Position numbers and translations under genes: made by a program. A stretch of DNA of 53,962 bases from a virus. Positions 35,941 to 45,125 of the stretch are shown one piece after another. The notes beneath the pieces are model-generated. The model searched no databases and was not told where the DNA came from. It was given only the letters and a program-made list of their open reading frames with translations. The stretch is from the UHGV virus genome UHGV-0212970; one strand, 5' to 3'. Position 1 is the stretch's first letter; every line of letters begins with the position of its first letter.

Positions 35941-36328
35941 AATGGTCACTACAGAACAGGCGCGGGAATATCTTGAAAGCCAGGGTATTGACCTGCCAGA
36001 CATTATCTTATCTTTGCTGGTGGAGCAGGCAAATAGCGTTAATGAATGCCTTGATGCCAACTATCCGGCCTCCACTGCAACATTGATTCAGCTTTATCTG
36101 ATTGGACTGTTAGGACTCAGCCAGGCTGATAAATACGTCTCATCGCAGACGGGTCCGAACGGTGCAAGCCAGTCATACCGCTATGTCGATTTCAACAAAC
36201 GATGGAAGGCGGCCTATTCGTTGCTTTACTCACTTGATAAACATCACTGTACAGCCGAACTAATTCCAGCAGATCCAGAAAACACCGCGCACGCCGGACT
36301 GTGGATAGGTAAAAGCGGGAGGATGTAA
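35941..36328 (+). CDS. Putative head-tail connector / head completion protein
   Basis: ORF track 35906..36328; ATG at 35941; position after capsid. Confidence 0.4.
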
Positions 36329-36330
36329 CA

Positions 36331-36516
36331 ATGTGGAACGACCTGACATTACCGGATCCGCTATTGCCGAAACTGTTTACCCGCGTGTGGGTGAAGACAG
36401 ACACCGGGCGACAGGTGGCAGCCTACCTCAATGATGCTGGTGAATGGGTAATTCTTTGCCCGCACGTAGCTAAAACCCATCCGAAAATCGTTAAATGGAG
36501 CTATGGCTATGAGTAA
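36331..36516 (+). CDS. Hypothetical structural protein
   Basis: 61-aa ORF in head-tail joining region. Confidence 0.4.
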   Translation: MWNDLTLPDPLLPKLFTRVWVKTDTGRQVAAYLNDAGEWVILCPHVAKTHPKIVKWSYGYE

Positions 36517-36877
36517 GATCGCGAGATTCAGCTATAAGGCATTAGTCACCATTTACCCCGTAACGCGTGACGACTGGACAAACTCCGATGTATACGGCGC
36601 ACCATACCTGGTTGATTGCGCATGGGAACGCACGGACGGCACTGCAACAGACGCAAACGGGAATGAGGTTAGCAACACAATAACCGTATATACCGAACTG
36701 CTTCATAATTTGCAGCCAGTACAGCGCCCGGAAATTGGCTGGATGGTCGCAACTGGTGACACCACTGATATTTCCGACCCGCTGGCGGCAGGCGCGAACG
36801 TTATAACTGGGATCGTTAAATGGGATATGGGTCTATTTTACGATACGCCGGATTATAAGATCGTGACAGGGGGTTAA
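36503..36877 (+). CDS. Putative head-tail adaptor
   Basis: 124-aa ORF, synteny. Confidence 0.4.
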   Translation: MAMSKIARFSYKALVTIYPVTRDDWTNSDVYGAPYLVDCAWERTDGTATDANGNEVSNTITVYTELLHNLQPVQRPEIGWMVATGDTTDISDPLAAGANVITGIVKWDMGLFYDTPDYKIVTGG

Positions 36878-36879
36878 TT

Positions 36880-37344
36880 ATGCCTATTAAGGGTGTTAAA
36901 CGCGTAAGGGAGCGATTAAGGCAGGAGTTAAAGGAAATCACAGATAAAAAGACGCACGAAGTTTTATGGCGCGTTGGTATGCTGGCTGGTGGCTTCGCTG
37001 CAAACATGACCCCGGTTGATACGGGCTTTTTAATTAACAGCCAGTTTCAGTATATAGGGAACACTGCTGACGGTATGCAATTACGCCTGGGATATACGGC
37101 ACGCTACGCTGAATGGGTGCACAACATGCCAGGTACATTAAAAGGACAGCCGCGCGAGCATTTCGGAAAAACAAATAACCTTTCAGATTTCGGACCCAAA
37201 CAGGTAATAGAATTCGGCGGCGGTACTGGTAAGGGTAAATACTGGGATCCAAACGCGGAGCCGGAATTCTTGCGCAAGGCATTCGAAGACCCTAACCACG
37301 CTGATGATATTTACAAAGAAATTGTAGAAGGTTACAAGGTATGA
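36880..37344 (+). CDS. Putative tail component
   Basis: 154-aa ORF, synteny. Confidence 0.4.
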   Translation: MPIKGVKRVRERLRQELKEITDKKTHEVLWRVGMLAGGFAANMTPVDTGFLINSQFQYIGNTADGMQLRLGYTARYAEWVHNMPGTLKGQPREHFGKTNNLSDFGPKQVIEFGGGTGKGKYWDPNAEPEFLRKAFEDPNHADDIYKEIVEGYKV

Positions 37345-37727
37345 AACGCAGCGAAGTGTACGACAATATAAGGGATTGGATTAAATCCCACGGATACGAT
37401 GAAGGCTATATTTTGCAGGCCCGTTTCTGGAATGAAAAATCCAATTCGAATAACGACCGATATATTGTTATCCAGCAAAACGGCGGCGCGGCTGGCGAGG
37501 AAGCAATAACCCGCGACTATTTCCGCATCCTGGTTATTTCTGCGCGTAATGATGCAAATATCAGTGAAGTGGAAGATCTGGCTGACGCCATCCGTCAAAG
37601 TATGTTAACAGAATATAAAACTGATAAAATTACACACATGAAGCCAGTTGGCGCTATTCCTGCGATGCAGACAAGAGAAGGGCGCTTTATTTTTACCGTA
37701 GCTTTTCAAACCATCATATCCAGATAA
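37341..37727 (+). CDS. Putative tail completion protein
   Basis: 128-aa ORF, synteny. Confidence 0.4.
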   Translation: MKRSEVYDNIRDWIKSHGYDEGYILQARFWNEKSNSNNDRYIVIQQNGGAAGEEAITRDYFRILVISARNDANISEVEDLADAIRQSMLTEYKTDKITHMKPVGAIPAMQTREGRFIFTVAFQTIISR

Positions 37728-37740
37728 GAGGTAATTAAAC

Positions 37741-38217
37741 ATGTCTCAGACTTGCGAAAAAGGCTCGTTTTTAGGCCGCGACGTTGCTGTATTCTACGCT
37801 ATCGCTTGTCCTAACGTGAAACCTGAAGACGGCTCTTATAAAGCGTTAGGCATGATGCGCGGCAAAACGCTTTCCGTAGAATGGGAAACCGCAGACGCCA
37901 CCGCTGATAAATCAGCAGACTACACCAAAGAATCACTTGTCACTTACAAATCTGTTTCTTTCTCAGGTGACGGCGTATCCCGTACTGAAGAAATTCATAA
38001 TCAGAAGGCACTTAAACGCCACGTTATTAACCCAGGCGAAACAACCGGATCGCAACCATATGTTTGGCTTAAAATTGTTTCCCCGGCTGATGTGATTGAA
38101 GGTCCGTTTCTTTGCACTTCCTTTAAAGAAGAAGACCCTTACGACGACGTTTCCACCTGGTCCATTGAGTGTTCAAGTGCTGGCAAGGTGACGGTTGGCG
38201 ACATCTCAGTAGCATAA
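37741..38217 (+). CDS. Putative major tail (tube) protein
   Basis: 158-aa ORF two genes upstream of tape measure; SD-preceded. Confidence 0.5.
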   Translation: MSQTCEKGSFLGRDVAVFYAIACPNVKPEDGSYKALGMMRGKTLSVEWETADATADKSADYTKESLVTYKSVSFSGDGVSRTEEIHNQKALKRHVINPGETTGSQPYVWLKIVSPADVIEGPFLCTSFKEEDPYDDVSTWSIECSSAGKVTVGDISVA

Positions 38218-38271
38218 TAATCAATATTAACAATCGGGGCCATCTGGCCCCTTTCTTTTAAGGTGACAGCT

Positions 38272-38949
38272 ATGATCCATGTTCGAACGGGACAATTTGC
38301 GGCGGTGGTAGACGGCAGGCGGTACGTGTTTAATCCCTGCTTCGCTGCAATGGCTAAAATCGGCAGTGACAGCGAACTGGTCGAATACTTCGCAACCATA
38401 CACGGTGGCAAATATCCATCACGATTGCCAGCGGATCCAGACCTTCGCAATCGCATTATGGCGCGGTGTTATGGTGAAATGGTGCAAACGTCCATGCACA
38501 TCCTGAAATGTTGCTCAGACGACGAAATAGGCACGCTATTAGGCGAATGTAGGTTTACTCCTTCCGGCAAGTTACGACTAAGACCAGGACTGATGCCTAC
38601 CAGTGACGTTATCACGCTGGCGCAGCATTGCATGTACCACGGCTTAATCGGTGACGGGCCGGAAGAAGACGCCGGAGAGATCCGGGAAGGGGAATATAAG
38701 CCTACTTTTAACGTGCTGGAATTCGTTTATTCTGCCGTTGCTCACCTGGGCTTGTCAGAATCGGAAGCATGGAATATGACAATGACCGGATATAGGGCCG
38801 CTGTACGCGCTAAAACGCCGCCAGACGAAAGAAACGAGAGAAGCAAGCCAAACATTCACATAAATAAACGTGCTTATGACGAGCAAATGGAGGCCGCTAA
38901 AAAGGCACTAGAAAGAATGAAAAATCGTGAGCAAGAAAAAGCCCGGTAG
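38272..38949 (+). CDS. Putative tail assembly chaperone
   Basis: ORF track 38263..38949; between major tail and tape measure, the position of lambda G/GT; acidic/basic C-terminus. Confidence 0.4.
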   Translation: MIHVRTGQFAAVVDGRRYVFNPCFAAMAKIGSDSELVEYFATIHGGKYPSRLPADPDLRNRIMARCYGEMVQTSMHILKCCSDDEIGTLLGECRFTPSGKLRLRPGLMPTSDVITLAQHCMYHGLIGDGPEEDAGEIREGEYKPTFNVLEFVYSAVAHLGLSESEAWNMTMTGYRAAVRAKTPPDERNERSKPNIHINKRAYDEQMEAAKKALERMKNREQEKAR

Positions 38950-38963
38950 ATCCGGGCGTTTTG
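38941..38963 (+). terminator. Terminator-like hairpin after tail chaperone gene
   Basis: GCCCGG-TAGA-TCCGGGC followed by GTTTT. Confidence 0.5.
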
Positions 38964-39338
38964 CTAATTGAAATCTTTAATTGCTGTACCTGGTGAACTG
39001 TGTGTGATTGTATTGTATACAGACTTTGCCTTACTGCGATCTTTCCATTCTTTTAGGATGCAGTTATCAAACTTTGCGATAACCCTTGAAGGGGATAATT
39101 CTTCAACATCCATGTAAGTAAATCCTATCGTGCTGGTTACTGAATACCATACGTGATAACTATAATTACCGTCATGCTCGATTCTTTGTGGTTCCCCCAT
39201 TATTTTATTCACTTGCTCACAAGTCATTCCAACTTGCAATTTTTTATCAGCTAACTTAACGAAATCAGTTGATCTTGCGCACCCTGTAAGAGCTAAAGCC
39301 ATAACACCAATGAGAGCCGCTTTGATTATGTTTTTCAT
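38964..39338 (-). CDS. Lipoprotein (moron, 124 aa)
   Basis: Signal peptide with lipobox LTGC; opposite strand inside tail cluster; AT-rich. Confidence 0.6.
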   Translation of the reverse strand: MKNIIKAALIGVMALALTGCARSTDFVKLADKKLQVGMTCEQVNKIMGEPQRIEHDGNYSYHVWYSVTSTIGFTYMDVEELSPSRVIAKFDNCILKEWKDRSKAKSVYNTITHSSPGTAIKDFN

Positions 39339-39348
39339 GATTTACCCC

Positions 39349-40008
39349 TTAATTCCAGTTGCAAGCGTTTTTCACTTTGTCGATGTGGTTATAAAGACCA
39401 TCAATGTTAAACACTGCTTTCTCAATGTCGCCAGCTTCCGGCACTACTTCAATGATGAATTGTTTTTCGTTAACCATTTTTTTAATCATTGGGATGGCTT
39501 TTTTGCCATCCCATAATCCAAGAGCTTTATAATTAGTTGACCGCCCCCACTCAGTAGCTACAGCTTTGTGAACGCCGATCCGGTAGTTAATATAAGTAGT
39601 GTCCCCGGCGTCAGTTACATGGTGTGACCATGCTACGAACATTTTTGTTTTATTACCCTGGCAAGCGATTGTTAATACCGGTTTATTCTTATCCTGTGCC
39701 TTCAGTGTCGGGAAAGCATCAAGACTTCCGCTGAATTGTTCTGCTTTCACAAAAAGGAATACGTTTTTTGCGTCCTGCATATCATCTTTTCTTTCAACTA
39801 CAAGCCACTGTTTACCAGCATTTTCTTTTTCTAACTGTGCATCGTATGCGGCTTGTTTTGCTTGTTGTTCTGCAAGCCATTTAGCATTTTTCTCTGCTAA
39901 TGCTTGTTGTTCTTGATTGGTCACTATAGGCGCTTTTTCATTATCCTCATTGCAACCAACCAGACCCAATACCGCCGCAATCATTGCCACTTTTGCTAAC
40001 CGTTTCAT
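39349..40008 (-). CDS. Lipoprotein (moron, 219 aa)
   Basis: Signal peptide with lipobox LVGC; Gln/Ala-rich coiled segment then globular domain. Confidence 0.6.
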   Translation of the reverse strand: MKRLAKVAMIAAVLGLVGCNEDNEKAPIVTNQEQQALAEKNAKWLAEQQAKQAAYDAQLEKENAGKQWLVVERKDDMQDAKNVFLFVKAEQFSGSLDAFPTLKAQDKNKPVLTIACQGNKTKMFVAWSHHVTDAGDTTYINYRIGVHKAVATEWGRSTNYKALGLWDGKKAIPMIKKMVNEKQFIIEVVPEAGDIEKAVFNIDGLYNHIDKVKNACNWN

Positions 40009-40055
40009 AACCCACCACGCTAACTTGATTTACTGACCTTTCCCTTTGGCTTACT

Positions 40056-40099
40056 TATACAAAATGGAGTCGTTGAAGTAAAGCCATTTTGTATAAAAT
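40056..40099. promoter_or_regulatory. Divergent promoter-like pair built from inverted copies of the 12-nt element
   Basis: TATACAAAATGG - 16 nt - CCATTTTGTATAAAAT; each arm gives TG plus TATAA(G/A) -10-like box, facing the lipoprotein genes leftward and tape measure rightward. Confidence 0.4.
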
Positions 40100-40135
40100 A
40101 GATACACAGATCACATTTTTGCATGAGGTTAAATC

Positions 40136-42481
40136 ATGGCTACCAGTGTAGGTACAATTTATTACGAAGTTGATGCAAAAACTGGTCAACTTCTCGTTGC
40201 ACAACGACAGGCAGACCAGGCCTTTGACCGTATAGAGCGCGGCGCAAAACAGGCTGACCGCCAGGTAAACACCCTGAAAACATCCATCAAAGCACTGACC
40301 AGGGTTATCCATTTGCTAATTGCTGCCGAGGCTGTGCGCCAATTTATGGATATGGCGGAGCAAGCAAAAATGCTTCGCGTAAAAATCAAAATGCTTACGG
40401 GCGATGCGGAGTCCGCCGGACGGGTTTTCGACGGCCTGAAAGCAATATCCAGGGAAACGGGGCAAAGCCTGAAGGATACTGGCGAGCTATGGCAAGGTCT
40501 TGCCATCTCACTGAAGAACACGTCAGCTACGGAAGGGCAATTACTTAACCTGGTTGGCACTATTCAGAAAATGGGGGCGTTAGGCGGCGCATCAGCGGAA
40601 CAGATGTCTAACTCTATGCGCCAGTTCCGCCAGTCTATAGACGGCGGCGTGCTGCGTGCTGAAGAATTTAACAGCCTACTTGAAAACACCCCGACCATCG
40701 TACAGACAATGGCCCGTCAGATGGGGTTATCTATGGGCCAGTTCCGCGCCGAAATGCTGGACGGCAAGATCACGGCAGAAAGGATGGTTAACGCAATCCA
40801 GGCGGCTACGCAGGAAACAAACGAGCAGTTTGCTCAGTTGCCGCGCACATCCGGCATGGCTATCAATGAGCTTAAAGTCGAAATCATGGGTCTTGTTGAA
40901 CAGCTTGATGATCTTTTCGGCGTATCAGATGGCGTAGTCTCAGCTATCGACTTAATCACAAAAGGCGTTAAGGGGTTAGGTGAGGGCGCTAAATTCGCTA
41001 AAACCTGCTTCGATACACTCAAAACGGCTGGTGGCGAATTCATCGACATGTTTGATGATGTGGCTGTGAAGGCTGGCGAGGTGGCAGAGAAGATCATCGC
41101 AATGGTGACGCCAATCAAGGCACTTATGGACGCCTACAAATGGATGAAGGAGGTTGTAGATAAGCGCAAGGAAGAACTAAATAGCAACAATGAGAAGAAA
41201 TTCGGCCCTACAGTCGGTAAAGTCATGACTTTTGCAAACGACATTAAAAACGCGACTGCCGCTTATGATGAGTTTATGCAGAAACAGGCAGAAGCCAACG
41301 ACGGCAAGATCACCGGATTCGACAAGCCAGTTGATAAGCCTAAAAAGGGTAAGAAGACTGGCAGCAAGAAAAGCAAAGAGGATACGCTTGGTGACAAGGG
41401 TATAAGCGTTTCTGACCAGTACAATAAAGACGCCGCCGCCATGCGCAAAGCGTTAGAGAACGGCAAGGCCATTGATGCTGCATTCGCCCAGGGTAAAATC
41501 ACCCTCCTTGAGTACCGCGCCGCGCAAAAAGGGATAGGTAAGGAACTGAAGGAAGAATTAGCCCAAATTCCGGTAGATGAATTGCGTGATAAATGGGCGC
41601 AAATAGTAAGCCCGATGAATCAGCTTAAAGGCGAGGTTGACCCTATTCAGCAGGTACAAAATGAATGGGCCGTCCGTAAGCAAATGCTTATCGACCTGGG
41701 CGCTACCGAAGCGCAACAGAAACAGGCATTGTTAGCCTATGAGCAACAGATCCGCGATCTGAAATGGGAGCAATGGCAGGCGCAAAGCCAGACAAACGGC
41801 CTGATCGGTGATTGCGTTAATGGCCTTAAAGGTGGCATGAGCAATGCGCTTGTCGGCCTGCTTAACGGTACTCAATCATTGAGCGATGTTTTTGCTAACT
41901 TAGGGAGCAATATACTAGGGAATATTGGCAACAGACTTTCTGATATAGCAGCCGACTGGATAGCAGATCAGATCATGATGGAAACACAAAGCAAGGCAAC
42001 TCAAGCAAGTACAACGGCAAGCGCGGTTGCCGCTCAGGAAAGCATCGCGGCGGCGGCGGCCCCGGCGGCGGCGGCAACGGCTGCATCAACTGGCGGTAGC
42101 TGGGCGGCGGCTGGTTCGGCTGCGCTCACTGCGATCATGTCGCTGGCTACGTCAATTTTCGGCGGCGGTCGCTTTAATGGTGGTAGCGTCATTGGTGGCA
42201 ATATGTACCGCGTAGGGGAACACAACAGGCCGGAGCTATTCCAGACGTCTAACGGCAACCAATATATGATCCCAGGCGAGAACGGCAGGGTTATTCCTGG
42301 TCGTGATATTGGCGGCGGTGGCGGTTTTAGTATGCCTGTCAGTATCAGTATTCAAACCACAAACGGATTTAGCGAAGAAGACAGCCGCAGACTTGAATCA
42401 ACAATGGAACGTGTAGCAATGAAGATGATAACAAGGGAATCGCAAAGACCTGGCGGGATGTTGCAACCGCGCCGCAAATAA
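40136..42481 (+). CDS. Tail tape measure protein
   Basis: 781 aa; long helical protein with Ala/Gly-rich TM-like region near C-terminus; lambda H-like position. Confidence 0.85.
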   Translation: MATSVGTIYYEVDAKTGQLLVAQRQADQAFDRIERGAKQADRQVNTLKTSIKALTRVIHLLIAAEAVRQFMDMAEQAKMLRVKIKMLTGDAESAGRVFDGLKAISRETGQSLKDTGELWQGLAISLKNTSATEGQLLNLVGTIQKMGALGGASAEQMSNSMRQFRQSIDGGVLRAEEFNSLLENTPTIVQTMARQMGLSMGQFRAEMLDGKITAERMVNAIQAATQETNEQFAQLPRTSGMAINELKVEIMGLVEQLDDLFGVSDGVVSAIDLITKGVKGLGEGAKFAKTCFDTLKTAGGEFIDMFDDVAVKAGEVAEKIIAMVTPIKALMDAYKWMKEVVDKRKEELNSNNEKKFGPTVGKVMTFANDIKNATAAYDEFMQKQAEANDGKITGFDKPVDKPKKGKKTGSKKSKEDTLGDKGISVSDQYNKDAAAMRKALENGKAIDAAFAQGKITLLEYRAAQKGIGKELKEELAQIPVDELRDKWAQIVSPMNQLKGEVDPIQQVQNEWAVRKQMLIDLGATEAQQKQALLAYEQQIRDLKWEQWQAQSQTNGLIGDCVNGLKGGMSNALVGLLNGTQSLSDVFANLGSNILGNIGNRLSDIAADWIADQIMMETQSKATQASTTASAVAAQESIAAAAAPAAAATAASTGGSWAAAGSAALTAIMSLATSIFGGGRFNGGSVIGGNMYRVGEHNRPELFQTSNGNQYMIPGENGRVIPGRDIGGGGGFSMPVSISIQTTNGFSEEDSRRLESTMERVAMKMITRESQRPGGMLQPRRK

Positions 42482-42486
42482 CACTA

Positions 42487-42512
42487 AGGCCGCTATAAGC
42501 GGCCTTTATTTT
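42487..42512 (+). terminator. Rho-independent terminator after tape measure gene
   Basis: AGGCCGC-TATA-AGCGGCCT followed by TTATTTT. Confidence 0.65.
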
Positions 42513-42798
42513 ACATGGTGAGAATATAAATCAAACAGCACAGGAATACAGGTGCGGCGAAGTCGCAAACGCTAGCCATATTCCATGCTTTAGGTAATAA
42601 TCCGCCATACCACGGCATTCTTTCCCGTTTTCCACCGCAAAATTCCGCTATGTAACGATATTCAGCCTGCGTGTGTTCGCGTGCAAAAAAGAATGTACAT
42701 CCAATCAGGCCGCCAGTGAGATAATCACCAGTAAGCAGGCCGATAACAACCTGCATAGCCGCCGCAGCCAGTGCGTGACCAATGACGGTTAAATCCAT
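42511..42798 (-). CDS. Small membrane protein (moron)
   Basis: 95 aa with 3 hydrophobic segments; opposite strand. Confidence 0.45.
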   Translation of the reverse strand: MDLTVIGHALAAAAMQVVIGLLTGDYLTGGLIGCTFFFAREHTQAEYRYIAEFCGGKRERMPWYGGLLPKAWNMASVCDFAAPVFLCCLIYILTM

Positions 42799-42800
42799 TG

Positions 42801-42986
42801 TTAATCCTCCTGATCGTTCTCAAATGTGCCATCTATAAATTTTTGAAGCCCGGCGATAAGTTGCGTCGCCTGCGATTTGTCAATTACGAGGATGTCAGTC
42901 CCCATGAGTTCGGTTATCCATAGCCGACCATCCTCATCAAGATCTAACCTAACTCCGTAACATAACTCTGTTTCGTCAATAATCAT
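42801..42986 (-). CDS. Hypothetical acidic protein (moron)
   Basis: 61 aa; SD GGAGG. Confidence 0.4.
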   Translation of the reverse strand: MIIDETELCYGVRLDLDEDGRLWITELMGTDILVIDKSQATQLIAGLQKFIDGTFENDQED

Positions 42987-43095
42987 TTTTCCTCCTATAA
43001 TCTTCCGTTACGTGCGACGTAACCACTGCCGAACATCACCAACCAAATATTCCAGATCTCCCGCCAGGTGAATTTATCGTCCTCCATGTCCCACC

Positions 43096-43350
43096 TCACT
43101 TATGCACCCCTTTGACTCCACAGTGCCTGTTATATTCCAGATGATCGATAATTAACCAGACTTTTAGGTCTTCGCTAAACAGCCTCCAGTCAGGGTTGAT
43201 GTCGAATTTAAAGCCATAACCATCACGTAACTTTTTGGGGCGCGCCTCTTTCTTCAAAAATGCTTTAAGCAGTTCCTTCCCTTTCTTGATAGTCCTGTCT
43301 TGTGCGTTTTTCTGTACTTTCAGGTTTTTATCAATCGCTACCAGTTTCAT
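43096..43350 (-). CDS. Hypothetical basic protein (moron; possible toxin-like partner of upstream small gene)
   Basis: 84 aa, Lys-rich; SD GGGGTGAG. Confidence 0.45.
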   Translation of the reverse strand: MKLVAIDKNLKVQKNAQDRTIKKGKELLKAFLKKEARPKKLRDGYGFKFDINPDWRLFSEDLKVWLIIDHLEYNRHCGVKGVHK

Positions 43351-43367
43351 AACTCACCCCATCATCC

Positions 43368-43523
43368 TTAGTTGAGTGCCTTCAGGAAGAAATCACGGTA
43401 TTCATCTTCTTTTGCATTCATCATGAATTGAGCGTATTTGAATGCGTCGTCGAACCCCTTAACGATTGCTATTTCCACTTGTTCGAATGCGTTGTTCAGC
43501 ATTACCACTACATAGCGTTTCAT
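43368..43523 (-). CDS. Small protein (moron, about 51 aa)
   Basis: ORF track 43368..43598; internal ATG at 43523 has strong SD GGAGGCC. Confidence 0.4.
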   Translation of the reverse strand: MKRYVVVMLNNAFEQVEIAIVKGFDDAFKYAQFMMNAKEDEYRDFFLKALN

Positions 43524-43594
43524 TTTTGGCCTCCTTCGTTGGTACTGCTTTTCTTCTTGCTTTCTATATACATCTTGTTGCGTACTATGTGAAG

Positions 43595-43675
43595 CCATTT
43601 TGTAAACTAGCTATAATCATTGTGATTAAGATCTCATTTTTCGCGTAGAGGCGCGTAAAGATATATACAAAATGT
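43595..43675. promoter_or_regulatory. Divergent promoter-like pair of the 12-nt element (CCATTTTGTAAA ... about 56 nt ... ATATACAAAATG)
   Basis: Left copy faces rightward with downstream TATAAT; right copy on minus strand reads CCATTTTGTATATAT facing the moron genes. Confidence 0.4.
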
Positions 43676-43691
43676 AACTTATGGGGGTTTT

Positions 43692-44045
43692 ATGCCGGAA
43701 GTGTTCAGATGGACGCCGCAACGAAGCTACAGCGTGACCAGGGAGCCGGACGTATCAGTTGTTAAGCTGGGCGATGGTTATGAGCAAAGACAGGTTAAAG
43801 GTATCAACCCGTTACTTGATAGCTACACCATGGTGTTTAAGGGCAGTAGCGCCGGATGTGGTGATGGTGAAAACGTAGCAATCCAGGCGGAAGCATTCTT
43901 GAGGGCGCGCGGCGCGGTCGAGGCTTTTTACTGGTCGCCGTCAATGGATAACGTGCAAAGGCTTTTTGTTTGCCGTAGCTGGAGCATGACTAAAGACGGA
44001 CCGCTATACACGCTAAACGCAACATTTGAGCAAGTTATTAATTAG
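43692..44045 (+). CDS. M: Minor tail protein M
   Basis: 117 aa; FRW ... GDGYEQR ... FEQVIN resembles lambda gpM as I recall it. Confidence 0.75.
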   Translation: MPEVFRWTPQRSYSVTREPDVSVVKLGDGYEQRQVKGINPLLDSYTMVFKGSSAGCGDGENVAIQAEAFLRARGAVEAFYWSPSMDNVQRLFVCRSWSMTKDGPLYTLNATFEQVIN

Positions 44046-44055
44046 GGGAGGGGAT

Positions 44056-44238
44056 ATGCCTTATTTTTGTGTAGTGGAGCGCACTGGCGCTTTTACATTG
44101 TTTGCCGACTATGAAATTAATGATCTAACTGTACAAGCTGATAACGGCGAGACGTGGTATCTTCATGATATGGGTGATGGATATATCGGCTGTACGACTT
44201 GGGATGGCAAAGAAGTAGCATTTCTATCCTACGATTAA
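44056..44238 (+). CDS. Hypothetical protein
   Basis: 60-aa ORF after SD GGGGAGGGG. Confidence 0.4.
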   Translation: MPYFCVVERTGAFTLFADYEINDLTVQADNGETWYLHDMGDGYIGCTTWDGKEVAFLSYD

Positions 44239-44244
44239 AAAACA

Positions 44245-44264
44245 CCCCGCCACGGCGGGGTTTA
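44245..44264. terminator. Bidirectional terminator between convergent genes
   Basis: AAAAAACA-CCCCGC-CACG-GCGGGG-TTTA; same hairpin as at 51627. Confidence 0.6.
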
Positions 44265-44337
44265 TAGTGTCGATAGCAGAATGCATAACAATCCAATAAT
44301 GATAATGATCATTTCCAGAACGTAATGTTCGCACATC

Positions 44338-44586
44338 TCATAACGCCCCCTTCAAATATGTCAATCCCTTATCAGTGACGAATGAATGATTAACCTGGTT
44401 TTCATCCGTCATGATGATGAATAACTTTTCCTGTAGGTATTTCGCTTTCGGGTACAGCGTTAAACAGACCTGGTACAGTATCCCGCGCTCAATCAGCAAA
44501 TCAATAAATTCGTGCTCATGATAACCGATGAGGCGGGCGGCCTGTTTCAGCGTGTACACATAATCGCCGTGATTGCGCCGCCCCAT
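44338..44586 (-). CDS. Hypothetical protein (moron)
   Basis: 82-aa ORF. Confidence 0.45.
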   Translation of the reverse strand: MGRRNHGDYVYTLKQAARLIGYHEHEFIDLLIERGILYQVCLTLYPKAKYLQEKLFIIMTDENQVNHSFVTDKGLTYLKGAL

Positions 44587-44595
44587 GTTGCCGCC

Positions 44596-44943
44596 TTATT
44601 TATCGAATGCGGCCAGGTTATCTATGCAGAAGTCTTTCGCAGCTTTTTCGTATTCGCGTTTTGCTTCTGGATTGTCAGCCGGGAAGCCTTTTGCGTGTAT
44701 TTCACCAGGGCAAGCCTGATCCATAGAATCAGCAAATTCAACATTGACGTTAAAGTTAATATCTTTCGGATTCATGTTTTCCACCTCATCAATTATCTGC
44801 ACCGGATTAGCAGCATATTTCACTGGATGGCCTAAACTACATTCAAGAATCCTTCCTTCTTCCAAAGCTGCCTCTTCGCTATCAAATAATCCGAAACACT
44901 CCTTGCAACCACTTAACCACACATCAAGACTATATTTTTGCAT
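44596..44943 (-). CDS. Hypothetical protein (moron)
   Basis: 115-aa ORF. Confidence 0.5.
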   Translation of the reverse strand: MQKYSLDVWLSGCKECFGLFDSEEAALEEGRILECSLGHPVKYAANPVQIIDEVENMNPKDINFNVNVEFADSMDQACPGEIHAKGFPADNPEAKREYEKAAKDFCIDNLAAFDK

Positions 44944-44955
44944 TTCGTTAACCTC

Positions 44956-45111
44956 TCATTTGACAAGTTCGATCCTGTACCCCAAAACGCGTTCGTCTTC
45001 AGCAAGTAAAAGCGCGTCAGTAAGTGCCTCGCCTTCATCCTTATACAGAGCTACAGTCATTTTTCTGCCATCAGTCAGGAATACCGTCAACCTCCACACC
45101 TTATCAGCCAT
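44956..45111 (-). CDS. Small protein (moron, about 51 aa)
   Basis: ORF track 44956..45186; internal ATG at 45111 with SD GGAGGTG. Confidence 0.35.
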   Translation of the reverse strand: MADKVWRLTVFLTDGRKMTVALYKDEGEALTDALLLAEDERVLGYRIELVK

Positions 45112-45125
45112 CTCACACCTCCGCG

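Noticed and set aside
42027-42258. GC-rich GCGGCGGCGGCG repeat that might suggest a repeat element or CRISPR-like array
   Set aside because: It lies inside the tape measure gene and encodes an Ala-rich stretch; no spacer-repeat periodicity.
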